Of a stretch of DNA of 64,000 nucleotides, positions 47,348 to 55,978 are shown piece by piece. Each line of letters begins with the position of its first letter. Within the stretch, counting starts at the first letter, position 1. A program made the translations under genes and the position numbers. This stretch comes from Polyangiales bacterium (lineage in GTDB: Bacteria > Myxococcota_A > Polyangia > Polyangiales > Polyangiaceae). The stretch covers positions 32,001-96,000 of the forward strand of contig JBBRLQ010000005.1 in the NCBI GenBank assembly GCA_038231275.1, in the 5' to 3' direction. The notes beneath the pieces were generated by a model that was given only the letters and a program-made list of their open reading frames with translations, did not search any database and was not told the origin of the DNA.

Positions 47348-49327
47348 CTACTTCAGGCGCGCGCCGGCCGCGACGTCGGGGACTGTCGCCAACGTGAGGG
47401 CCTCGCTCGGTCCCGTCGCGAGGAGCATGCCGTGCGAGACGAGCCCCTTGCCAAAATCGCGCGGCGCGAGGTTGGCGACGACGACGACGCGCCGCCCGAC
47501 GAGCTGCTCGGGCTGGAACGTCAGCGCGAGGCCGGCGACGATCTGACGCGGCTCTGCCTCGCCGACATCGACGGTGAGGCGGAGGAGCTTGTCCTTCTTG
47601 GGGACCTTCTCGCACGTGAGCACGATCCCGACGCGCAGATCGACGGCCGAGAACTGATCATAGGAAATGGTCGCTGTCGCGGTCGCGGTCGTGGTCGTGG
47701 TCGTGCTCGCGGTCGCGGTCGGGTCGGCGGGATCCGTCGGGACTTTGGGGACAAGCTTCTCGAGAAGCGCCTTCTCGGCGTCCTTGTCGTACGTCGGAAA
47801 AAGCGAGCCCGTCGGCGCGAGCGCGTGACCCGTCGCGAGCGGCGTCGCGCCCGCGGGCCAAAAATCGGACCCCTGCGCGAGCGTCAGCGGCGCGAGACCG
47901 AGCTGCTTCCGTAGCTCGCCGCTCTTCGTCGGCATCACCGGCCAGATCATCCGGCTCACCGCCTCGAGCACGGCGAGCAGCGTTCCGAGGATCGTCCCGA
48001 TCCGCGCCGTGTCTCCCTTCTTTGCCTCCGCCCACGGCGCCGCGCGATCGACGTACTGGTTCGCGGCGGCGCAGATCTCCCACGTCGCCTCGAGCGCGCG
48101 GTGCGGCGCGATCGCCTCCCACGCCTCGGCGGCCTCACGCGCCTTGTCGCGCGTCTTGGCCTCGAGCTCCGCCTCGAGCGGCCCGAGCTCGGCGCGCCCA
48201 GGGACCTTGCCTTCCGTCATCTTCGTGCAGAGGCCGAGCGTGCGCGACAGCAAATTGCCTAAATTTTTGCCGAGATCCGCGTTGTACCGCTCGAGCAGCG
48301 CCGCGTGCTCGAAGTCGCCGTCCTGCCCGAACGCGATCGCGCGGAGCAGGTGGTAGCGCAAGACGTCGACGCCGAGCTCCTTCGCGAGGCGCAGCGGATC
48401 GACCGCGTTGCGCAGGCTCTTGCTCATCTTCTGCCCGTCGACGGTCAGAAATCCGTGCGCGTACACCTGCGTCGGCAGCCCCTCGTCGCCATAGCCCGCC
48501 GCGAGCAAAAACGCCGGCCAGTAAATGGCGTGCTGCCGGAGGATGTCCTTGCCGACGAGGTGCACCGCGCGCCCCTTGGGCGGCCAATAACGCGTGAGCT
48601 CGCCGTTGCCGAGGATGCTGCGGTAATTCGCGAGCGCGTCGAACCATACGAACATGATGTGCTCGGGACGGTTCGGAACGGGGATGCCCCACGAGAAGCT
48701 CGTGCGCGACACGCTCAGATCGCGCAGCCCGCCCTCGACGAAGCTGATGACCTCATTGCGTCGTGTCGCCGGCTCGACGAACGAAGGGCGGCGCGCGTAG
48801 AGCTCGAGCAGGGGCTTTTCGTACTTCGAGAGGCGGAAGAAGTAGGTCTTTTCTTTGAGGCGATCGACGGCGCCCTTGTTCGGATGGAGCGGGCAGATGT
48901 TGCCAGGCAGGAGCTCTTTCTCCGTCTTGAACGACTCGCAGCCGACGCAGTACCAGTCCTCGTATTCGCCTTCGTAGAGGTCGCCCTTCTTCTCGATCGT
49001 CGTCCAGAGCTCCTGCACGAAGGCCTTGTGGCGCGCCTCGGTCGTGCGGACGAAATCGTCGGCCTCGATTCCGAGCAGAGGCCACGCCGCGCGGAACTTG
49101 GCGCTCACCTCGTCGACGAGCGCCGTCGGTGTCGTCCCTCGCTCCTTCGCCTCGCGCTCGATTTTGAGGCCGTGCTCGTCGGTGCCCGTGAGCATGCGCG
49201 CGTCCTCGCCGCGGAGCGAATGGAAGCGGCGCAGCGCGTCGGCCGCGATCGTCGTGTACGCCGAGCCCAGGTGCGGCACGTCGTTGACGTAGTAGATGGG
49301 CGTGGTGACGTAAAAAGGCCTGCTCAC
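47348..49327 (-). CDS. metG: Methionyl-tRNA synthetase with C-terminal tRNA-binding OB domain
   Basis: FYVTTPIYYVN..PHLG, GTDEHG, VWFDAL, GKDI, KMSKS; C-terminal DLRVG...ANLAPR. Confidence 0.97.
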   Translation of the reverse strand: MSRPFYVTTPIYYVNDVPHLGSAYTTIAADALRRFHSLRGEDARMLTGTDEHGLKIEREAKERGTTPTALVDEVSAKFRAAWPLLGIEADDFVRTTEARHKAFVQELWTTIEKKGDLYEGEYEDWYCVGCESFKTEKELLPGNICPLHPNKGAVDRLKEKTYFFRLSKYEKPLLELYARRPSFVEPATRRNEVISFVEGGLRDLSVSRTSFSWGIPVPNRPEHIMFVWFDALANYRSILGNGELTRYWPPKGRAVHLVGKDILRQHAIYWPAFLLAAGYGDEGLPTQVYAHGFLTVDGQKMSKSLRNAVDPLRLAKELGVDVLRYHLLRAIAFGQDGDFEHAALLERYNADLGKNLGNLLSRTLGLCTKMTEGKVPGRAELGPLEAELEAKTRDKAREAAEAWEAIAPHRALEATWEICAAANQYVDRAAPWAEAKKGDTARIGTILGTLLAVLEAVSRMIWPVMPTKSGELRKQLGLAPLTLAQGSDFWPAGATPLATGHALAPTGSLFPTYDKDAEKALLEKLVPKVPTDPADPTATASTTTTTTATATATISYDQFSAVDLRVGIVLTCEKVPKKDKLLRLTVDVGEAEPRQIVAGLALTFQPEQLVGRRVVVVANLAPRDFGKGLVSHGMLLATGPSEALTLATVPDVAAGARLK

Positions 49328-49360
49328 GGCCCAACGCTTACCACTTGTGCAGGCGTGCTC

Positions 49361-50395
49361 CTAGGTCGCGCCGATGCCTGGCGCGGCCAGGTGCGGCGGG
49401 ACGCTGGTACGCGCGAGGCGCGGGGCGCGGTCGAGGGCGCGGCGCAGCGGGAGCATGAAGAGGCGCTCGATCGCGACGCGCTGATCGCGCGGAGGAGGCG
49501 CGTCGGGGACCGAGTGCATGAGGCGCATGTCGCGCACGAGCGCGCGCTGGACGAGCGCGTCGCCGGTGATGGCGCCCACCGGTCGCGGCGCGCGGCCGAC
49601 CATCCACGACGTCACCTCGCTCGGCAGCGGCGAGACGAGGACGACCTCGGTCGTGGCCTGGCGAAGCCACGTCGCCTGGTAAATCGTGGTCATCTGGCCC
49701 ATCGACTCGTGGAACATGAAGCCGCGCCACTCGAGCGGCGTGCGGAGATCGACGACGCGATCGCCGAGGTGCAGCGCGTCGCCGTCGAGCGTGACCGCGG
49801 CGCCGTGCGCGTCGGTGAGGAAGCAGCGCTCGAGGGCCTGCGGGGCCCGCGCGGCGATGAGCTCGACGAAGCGCGCGGCTTGGACCGCCGAGAGAGCGTC
49901 CCCTTCGTCGTCGGCGCCGAGGAGCACGTCGGCCTCGGTCACGGTCGAGGCGCGCGCGAGGAGCTGGCGCGCGCGCGCGGCGTCGTCGGCCCCGCGGATG
50001 CGAACGCGGACGTACCTCGTCCGCTCGCGCGAAGTGAACGCGAGGAGCGCGCGCGTGCGACCTTGATTGGCGAGGACGGTGAGGCCGAACGGCGCGTCGA
50101 AACTGGCCAGCTCGATCTCGCCGTGCTCGTCCTGGCGCGTCACGCGCCCCGGCTCGATCGTCACCCAACGCTTGGGCTGCCGCTTGGGGCGTGGCCGAAA
50201 CGCCAATCCCGCGAGCGCGAGCGCGACGATCGTGCCGGCGATGCCGATGCGTACCGGCAGCGAGACCCCGGGCAACGCCGCCGCCGCCGCCGTGGGCAGC
50301 GCGATCGCAGTGAGGATGGAGCGCCACGAACCTCGATCGTCCTCTGGACCACCAAGCCTCAGCCGCACGATCTCCTGTCCACGCGCCTTTTGCAT
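49361..50395 (-). CDS. Hypothetical membrane protein
   Basis: Two N-terminal hydrophobic segments and a soluble domain; fills the gap upstream of metG. Confidence 0.6.
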   Translation of the reverse strand: MQKARGQEIVRLRLGGPEDDRGSWRSILTAIALPTAAAAALPGVSLPVRIGIAGTIVALALAGLAFRPRPKRQPKRWVTIEPGRVTRQDEHGEIELASFDAPFGLTVLANQGRTRALLAFTSRERTRYVRVRIRGADDAARARQLLARASTVTEADVLLGADDEGDALSAVQAARFVELIAARAPQALERCFLTDAHGAAVTLDGDALHLGDRVVDLRTPLEWRGFMFHESMGQMTTIYQATWLRQATTEVVLVSPLPSEVTSWMVGRAPRPVGAITGDALVQRALVRDMRLMHSVPDAPPPRDQRVAIERLFMLPLRRALDRAPRLARTSVPPHLAAPGIGAT

Positions 50396-50541
50396 TCGCT
50401 CGAGTCCTTCGAAAGCAAGCGCGAACCGCGCCGAAATGCGGCCCGAGATTAAGAGCTAGCACCGATGACTCGGCTTGGCTCCCCCCGGCGGAAAGGCGTG
50501 GAGGAGGATCTCTTACTTTGCTCTCGCGCACGCTCGCGCGG

Positions 50542-52986
50542 CTATTTTTTCGAGGGATCGTTGGGGTCGGAGTCGACGTCGTCGGCCGCGCCGTCGTCGT
50601 CGGCGTCGCGCACCGGCGGCTTGAATCCGGTGACGACTGGCGCCTTGCCGGCGAACGCGTCGGCGAAGAAGCGCGTCGCCATGCTCTGGAGCTCTCGGTA
50701 CGGGCAGCTCACGTAGTAACCGTCGGAGAGGCGAGCGAACGGATCCCGGCGGCCGTCGGTGCTGCCGTACGGCACCGCGTAGCCGCGCTTGCCGCGCTTG
50801 CGAACGGCGTCGTAGCCGTGCTGACCGGGCGACGCTTGGACGACCACCGCGGTGACGCCGGGGACCGGAGTGTCGTGAATGCCCGTGGCGTCCGGCGCGA
50901 CGTCGAGGAGCGGGACGCGCTGCGTGTTGTTTGCCATCGTCTTGATGTCGACGATGCCGGCGTTCGAGCCGACGTTCGGAAGGGCGAGCCCCATCCCCGC
51001 CGCGCGCGCGAGCGCTTCGCCGCCTTCGTTCGCGACGAGCTCGTCGTAAATGACCTCGGTCACGACGATGTTGCGAGGTGACGTTGGCGCGCCCTTGAGC
51101 GGGTGCGGGCGAAGGACGAGGTTCGGCGCGTAGTCGAGTGGATCTCCCGGATCGGCGATCGTCTGCCCGATGACGTTGAGCGGATGCGACTCGTCGAAGC
51201 GCTCGGGGCCGAAGCGGAAGTTGAACGTCGCCGCCGCGCCGAGGAGCGCGCCGATGCCGGGGCCGTGCGCGGCGATCTCGGAGAAGAGCCCGCCGCCCGC
51301 GACGTTCAAGAACCACGCGCGCACGTGCGGCTCGATCGCGGCGGCCGTCGCGCCGGTGATGCCCCCGAACGAGTCGCCGAAGTAGGCGATCTTGTCGCCG
51401 TCGAACTTGGGGACGCCGGCGCCGGTGTCGAGCGGCGAGAGGTCCGGCGCGCTGCGAAGCAGCCGAACGAGCTGCGCGAGGTCGAAGCCCTGCTCGCGAA
51501 GCTGATCGCGGAGGGCCCCCATGTTCTTCAGGTTGCCGAAGAAGTCGACGGGGCCGTTCTCGTCGTCGGCGAGCCCGTCGGGGCCGGCGTACGCCGCGCC
51601 GTTCTTCCCGGCGTACGCGGTCCCTTTGTCGAGCTGGAATTTGGCCTCGGGCGCGCGCGCGCCGAAGGTCACGCCGTCGATCGCCGCCACCGCCCAGCCC
51701 ATCTTCGCCCACGTGTTCCCCATGTCGAGGAGGTACGCGCGCGAGCTCGAGAGGCCGTGCCCGACGATGACGACCGGATATCCGGCGGGCGGCATCGGTG
51801 CCGTCGGGATCGCGATCGTCACCCAGATTTTCGTCGTCGGCGCGTCGGCGGGGAGCGTGGGCTTGCCGCTCGCGTCGATCGCGATCGTGCCGTGATCCAT
51901 CGTGTCGTAGCCGCCGGGTCGGGTCTGAAGGTAATTCTGCGCGGCGAAGACGGCGGTGCCGAGTGCCGAGATCTTGTCGTGCGCGCGCACCGGGAGCTCG
52001 GCGTCGGGATCGTCGGTACCGTCCGGGAGCTTCGCGCTCGCGGCGACCACGCCGAGCCAATCGTCGAGGGATGCGGTGAAGCCGGCCGGCAGCGCGCCGC
52101 TCCCCTTCGCCGCGAAGCGCGCCGCACCCATCGGCGCGACCGTCGCCGCGTCCCACGCGAGGCGTGGCGTCGGCGCGTCCTCGAGCGCGTCACGCATCGC
52201 GTAGAGCGGCTCGGTCATCTTCTGCGTCGTGTACGGCGCGATCGCGACGATCTCCGCGTCCCCGAGCGCGCCCGCGAGCGCCGCGCGCGCCTTGGCGATC
52301 GCGTCGGCGTACATCCCCCGCGCCGCCGTTCCCCGATCGCCGCCCGCGACCGCGCGAAAGTCCGACGATGCGCCGAGCTTCCGTCCTTTGTCGTCCTTCA
52401 CGCGGCTGGTCACGACCGCCGCGTACGCGTGCCCCTCCTCCAAGAGCACTCCACGCGCAGGACCCACCGCGAGCACCGGCCGCGACGTCGCCCGCGCCCG
52501 ATCGTCGTGGAACGCCGCGCGGCACGGTACGCGCGTCTTGGCAGGATCGGCCGCCGCGAGGTCGAGAAAGAACACCGCGCTCCCGTCCGCGACGCAGTCC
52601 GCCTCCGTCTTCGGCAGCGTCGCCGCGTCGAGCGTCGCGGGCATCGGATCGCCGTTGTCGTCGGAGCCCGCCGCGAGATCGTCGATCACGAAGAGGGAAA
52701 GGGCGACCCGCGAGAACCCGTTCGCCTTGCCGAGCTCATGGGACAAAAAGGGCGCGTTGCTCGTGAACCATTTGTCGAGACCCGGGAGCGGGTCCGCGAT
52801 TTTTCCGCCCGTGAGGTAAGCGTCCGACGGGAACGGAACGTCGAGGAACGGCGGCATGTCCGCGACGAGCGAGAACCGCGCGACGACACCGGGCGGCGTC
52901 GTTTTCGTCGACGAGCACGCTGCTCCGAGCGCCGTGACGAGCACGAGCGAACCGAACGCCGGCGCGCGAAGGGAGGTCCAGCGCAT
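50542..52986 (-). CDS. Large lipoprotein alpha/beta hydrolase (Ig-like N-terminus, lipase-like core)
   Basis: Lipobox GAAC; PFPSD, NGFS; PVVIVGHGL; GDSFG nucleophile elbow; acidic DADDDG..DDVD tail. Confidence 0.8.
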   Translation of the reverse strand: MRWTSLRAPAFGSLVLVTALGAACSSTKTTPPGVVARFSLVADMPPFLDVPFPSDAYLTGGKIADPLPGLDKWFTSNAPFLSHELGKANGFSRVALSLFVIDDLAAGSDDNGDPMPATLDAATLPKTEADCVADGSAVFFLDLAAADPAKTRVPCRAAFHDDRARATSRPVLAVGPARGVLLEEGHAYAAVVTSRVKDDKGRKLGASSDFRAVAGGDRGTAARGMYADAIAKARAALAGALGDAEIVAIAPYTTQKMTEPLYAMRDALEDAPTPRLAWDAATVAPMGAARFAAKGSGALPAGFTASLDDWLGVVAASAKLPDGTDDPDAELPVRAHDKISALGTAVFAAQNYLQTRPGGYDTMDHGTIAIDASGKPTLPADAPTTKIWVTIAIPTAPMPPAGYPVVIVGHGLSSSRAYLLDMGNTWAKMGWAVAAIDGVTFGARAPEAKFQLDKGTAYAGKNGAAYAGPDGLADDENGPVDFFGNLKNMGALRDQLREQGFDLAQLVRLLRSAPDLSPLDTGAGVPKFDGDKIAYFGDSFGGITGATAAAIEPHVRAWFLNVAGGGLFSEIAAHGPGIGALLGAAATFNFRFGPERFDESHPLNVIGQTIADPGDPLDYAPNLVLRPHPLKGAPTSPRNIVVTEVIYDELVANEGGEALARAAGMGLALPNVGSNAGIVDIKTMANNTQRVPLLDVAPDATGIHDTPVPGVTAVVVQASPGQHGYDAVRKRGKRGYAVPYGSTDGRRDPFARLSDGYYVSCPYRELQSMATRFFADAFAGKAPVVTGFKPPVRDADDDGAADDVDSDPNDPSKK

Positions 52987-53114
52987 CCACTACCCCTAGC
53001 AAATGTTCGCCGCGCCAGCGGGAAAGGCGTGGCTCGCCCCGCGCAGATCAGGTAAGAAGGCCCTGCGATTTGGCTTGGTTTGTCGGGATTTTCTTGAGCC
53101 GGTAGGAGGCAGTC

Positions 53115-53672
53115 ATGACACGAGTCGGTCAGTGGATCATGGTGGGATCGATTTCGATGTCGCTGGCGGGCGGGTTCGCCGTCGGCTGCGGCAGCACCAC
53201 GACGGACAACCCCGTCGTCGACGCGGGTGGGGACACGTCGGCCGACGTGACGCTCGATCAAGGCGCGCAGGACACCGGCGCCGACGTGAAGGACAGCGGC
53301 GTCGCCTGCGTCGAGGACTCGAGCATCGCGACCCTCTCGCCGCCCGACGCCGCGATCGCCGACGGCGCGAGCAGCGTCGGCATCTGCCTCGGCTGCATCA
53401 AGGGCAACTGCGACACCGAGCTCAACGCATGCGCCGCGGACTGCGTGTGCAACAACGCCGTCGAGGGCATCATCGGCTGCGTCCTCACCGGCACGGCGAT
53501 CACGACGTGCGGGGCGCCGCTCGCCGGCTTGACCGGCAACTCCCAGCTCCTCGGGCTCTCGCTGGGCCAGTGCCTCATCGGCAACTGCCGCGCAGAGTGC
53601 GCGCCGAACATCGACGCTGGCCAGACGGACAGCGCCTCCGACGCGCCGGCCGACGCGCCCGACGCCGGCTGA
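53115..53672 (+). CDS. Cys-rich lipoprotein
   Basis: AGGAGG RBS; lipobox AVGC; CLGCIKGNC...C..DC.C...C...C...CLIGNCRAEC; DAG-rich linkers. Confidence 0.8.
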   Translation: MTRVGQWIMVGSISMSLAGGFAVGCGSTTTDNPVVDAGGDTSADVTLDQGAQDTGADVKDSGVACVEDSSIATLSPPDAAIADGASSVGICLGCIKGNCDTELNACAADCVCNNAVEGIIGCVLTGTAITTCGAPLAGLTGNSQLLGLSLGQCLIGNCRAECAPNIDAGQTDSASDAPADAPDAG

Positions 53673-53687
53673 CAGGCTCAGCGCACT

Positions 53688-54464
53688 CTACGCGGCCGGA
53701 CGGAGGAACGCGCGGCGCCGCTCGCGCCACGCGTACCCCGCCGGCAGTCCCAGCGCCTCGAGGCCCGGGACGATGACCTCGATCACGGTCGAGTAGAAGA
53801 GATCGCGCGCGTCGCGGCCGTTGCAGAGGCCGAGGCACGCGCCTTCCTTCGGCGGCGCGGCCGCCGGGTTCAGGTGGGCGAGCTCGTGCTGCTCGAGGTG
53901 CAGGAGCGCAACCTTCAAGTACTCGCCGACACGCGCGAGCGCGGCGCCATCGAGCTGCGATGCGAGCCGACCCGCGAGGCGCCATCCGAAGCGCGCGTGC
54001 CCGACCTCGTCGGCGTAGATCGTCGTGAGCAGCTCGCGCAGCGGCCCTTCCGGCATCTCGAGCCGCTCGGCGCCGATGAGCGCAACCGCGACGGTCTCGC
54101 TCAAGCACGAGATGCTGAGCAGGTTTCGCAGCGCCGCTTCGATGCGCGAGGCGTCGGAGTGCTCGGGCACTTCTTCGAGCGGGGGCGCCTCGAACGTCGC
54201 CTCGCCGCCCAGGGCCTCGACGACTGCGCCGCAGAGGACGCCGTGACGACGCTCCTCGCCCGCGAAGCCGCGGCACTCGGCGACGATCTCCGGCTCGAGG
54301 CCGGCGTCCTCGAGCTGGCGCGCCAGCCCTTCGAAGACGCGCGCGGACGTGTGCTCATTGAGCATGCGCCCACGCCACGTCGCCAACGCAGCCTCCGCGA
54401 GGTGTGGAAGCACCGGTAGGGAGGGCGCGTGGCGACGGGCCTGGACTCTAAGATCGACAATCAT
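53688..54464 (-). CDS. Ferritin-like (diiron carboxylate) protein
   Basis: NEHTS, EERRH, CLSET, DEVGHARFGW give the E...ExxH...E...ExxH ligand pattern. Confidence 0.8.
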   Translation of the reverse strand: MIVDLRVQARRHAPSLPVLPHLAEAALATWRGRMLNEHTSARVFEGLARQLEDAGLEPEIVAECRGFAGEERRHGVLCGAVVEALGGEATFEAPPLEEVPEHSDASRIEAALRNLLSISCLSETVAVALIGAERLEMPEGPLRELLTTIYADEVGHARFGWRLAGRLASQLDGAALARVGEYLKVALLHLEQHELAHLNPAAAPPKEGACLGLCNGRDARDLFYSTVIEVIVPGLEALGLPAGYAWRERRRAFLRPAA

Positions 54465-54487
54465 GGCAAGCTCCGACGAAAGAACGT

Positions 54488-54949
54488 TCAGGCGAGGAGA
54501 GCGGGCATGGCCGGCGGAACGGGCGGGCCCCACGGCGTGCACGTCCCCGCCGCGGCCCAGCCGATCGCTTCGCAGCACTGGGTGCGCTCGGGCCACGAGA
54601 ACGTCTGCGCCTTGTCGGCGTCCTTCGCGAGGACGGTGCAGCAGGCGCGCGTGAGCACGTCGACGCGCGTATCCGGTTTGTCCGACGGATGCGGATCCTT
54701 CGGGAACGACGCGCTCGCGACCTCGTCCTCGCAGCACTGCTTCTCGGTCTCGCCAGCGTGGTGCTTCGCGCAATAGCTCGCGACGGTCGTCCTGCGCGCC
54801 ACGCTCAGATCGTCGGCGCTCGTGTCCGCAGGGGCGGCGTTCGGATCGGCCGGCGTCTCGACGGTCGCGCCGCCGCAGCCCACCAGCACCGCCGAGAACG
54901 CCAGCTTGGCGGCCGCACGCAGCGCCGCCCGATGAATCTCCGGAGTCAT
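54488..54949 (-). CDS. Small Cys-rich lipoprotein
   Basis: Lipobox LVGC; three CC pairs; C-terminal CTPWGPPVPPAM. Confidence 0.72.
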   Translation of the reverse strand: MTPEIHRAALRAAAKLAFSAVLVGCGGATVETPADPNAAPADTSADDLSVARRTTVASYCAKHHAGETEKQCCEDEVASASFPKDPHPSDKPDTRVDVLTRACCTVLAKDADKAQTFSWPERTQCCEAIGWAAAGTCTPWGPPVPPAMPALLA

Positions 54950-55011
54950 TTGTCCCGTCCCCTTTTCGCCGCGCACACCGCGACCACCACCCTTCTAGCG
55001 CACGGGACCGT

Positions 55012-55062
55012 ACGAACAATCATTATGACGTGGATTGTATTGTATGCCCGAACGATACAATC
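55012..55062. promoter_or_regulatory. AT-rich promoter/operator with inverted repeat
   Basis: GATTGTATTG-N10-CGATACAATC (55033-55062, 9/10 match), extra GAACAATC half-site at 55014; TACAAT hexamers on the minus strand. Confidence 0.5.
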
Positions 55063-55074
55063 GTGTCGCGCGCG

Positions 55075-55968
55075 TCAGCGGAGCGGGTTCTTCGTCATCG
55101 TGCGAGCGAAAGCCTCGTAGATGACGCGCCGCGGATCGTCGGCGCGGAAGACGAGGCGGAAGAAGTCGTGCGTGGGGACGACCGACGGGAACACCCTCTT
55201 GAAGGCCCCGCCCTTGAGCTCACGCCGAACGAGGTACGCCGGCAGCACCGCCACGCCGACGCCCGCCGCGACGCGCTGGCGGATCGCCTCGATCGTCCCG
55301 AAGCGCACGATGCGCCCGAACCGCAGCCGATCGCCGCCCGACGGCGCGTCGCGCCAATACCGGTAGAGGGCGAGATCGGCGTCGATGTCCACGAGCGTGT
55401 GCTCCGCGGCGTGCTCGACGCGTGTGAGCGGCCGCTCGCGCAGGAGCTTGGCGGAGCCGACGAAGACGTAGTCCTCGCGGTGCATGCGGATGCTCTCGAG
55501 CTTCGGATCGGTGAAGCGCGACGAGGTGACGGCGCAGTCGATCTCCATCGTGCGCACGCGGAGCAGTAGATCGGAGCCCGAGCCGAAGTAGAGGTGCAGC
55601 TGCAGCTGCGGCTGCTCGCGCGTGAGGAGGTCGAGCTGCGGGAGGATCCACGAGAGGCCGAGCTCGTGGCGCGTGCCGAGGACGATGTCCATCGAGCCGG
55701 GGGCCGTCTCGCCGCCGCCCGCGCGCCCGCACTCTGCCGCGTAATGCAGCGCCTTTTCGGCGGATGGAAGCATCGCGAGCCCCGCCGCCGTCAGCCGAAC
55801 GCTCCGCGTCGTCCGCGCGAAGAGGACGATGCCGAGCTGACCCTCGAGCTGTTTGATGCGCTGCCCGAACGCGGCGGGCGTCAGCGCAACGTCGCGCGCC
55901 GCCGCCCGGAAGCTGAGGAGCTTGGCGGCCGCGACGAAGCAGCGGAGCGACTCGATCGGCGGCAGCAT
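55075..55968 (-). CDS. LysR-family transcriptional regulator
   Basis: SFRAAARDVALTPAAFGQRIKQLEGQLG..LFARTTRSV.LT.AG. Confidence 0.93.
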   Translation of the reverse strand: MLPPIESLRCFVAAAKLLSFRAAARDVALTPAAFGQRIKQLEGQLGIVLFARTTRSVRLTAAGLAMLPSAEKALHYAAECGRAGGGETAPGSMDIVLGTRHELGLSWILPQLDLLTREQPQLQLHLYFGSGSDLLLRVRTMEIDCAVTSSRFTDPKLESIRMHREDYVFVGSAKLLRERPLTRVEHAAEHTLVDIDADLALYRYWRDAPSGGDRLRFGRIVRFGTIEAIRQRVAAGVGVAVLPAYLVRRELKGGAFKRVFPSVVPTHDFFRLVFRADDPRRVIYEAFARTMTKNPLR

Positions 55969-55978
55969 GAAGGAGGCC

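Noticed and set aside
48305-50452. 715-aa plus-strand ORF
   Set aside because: Antisense shadow of metG and its neighbour.
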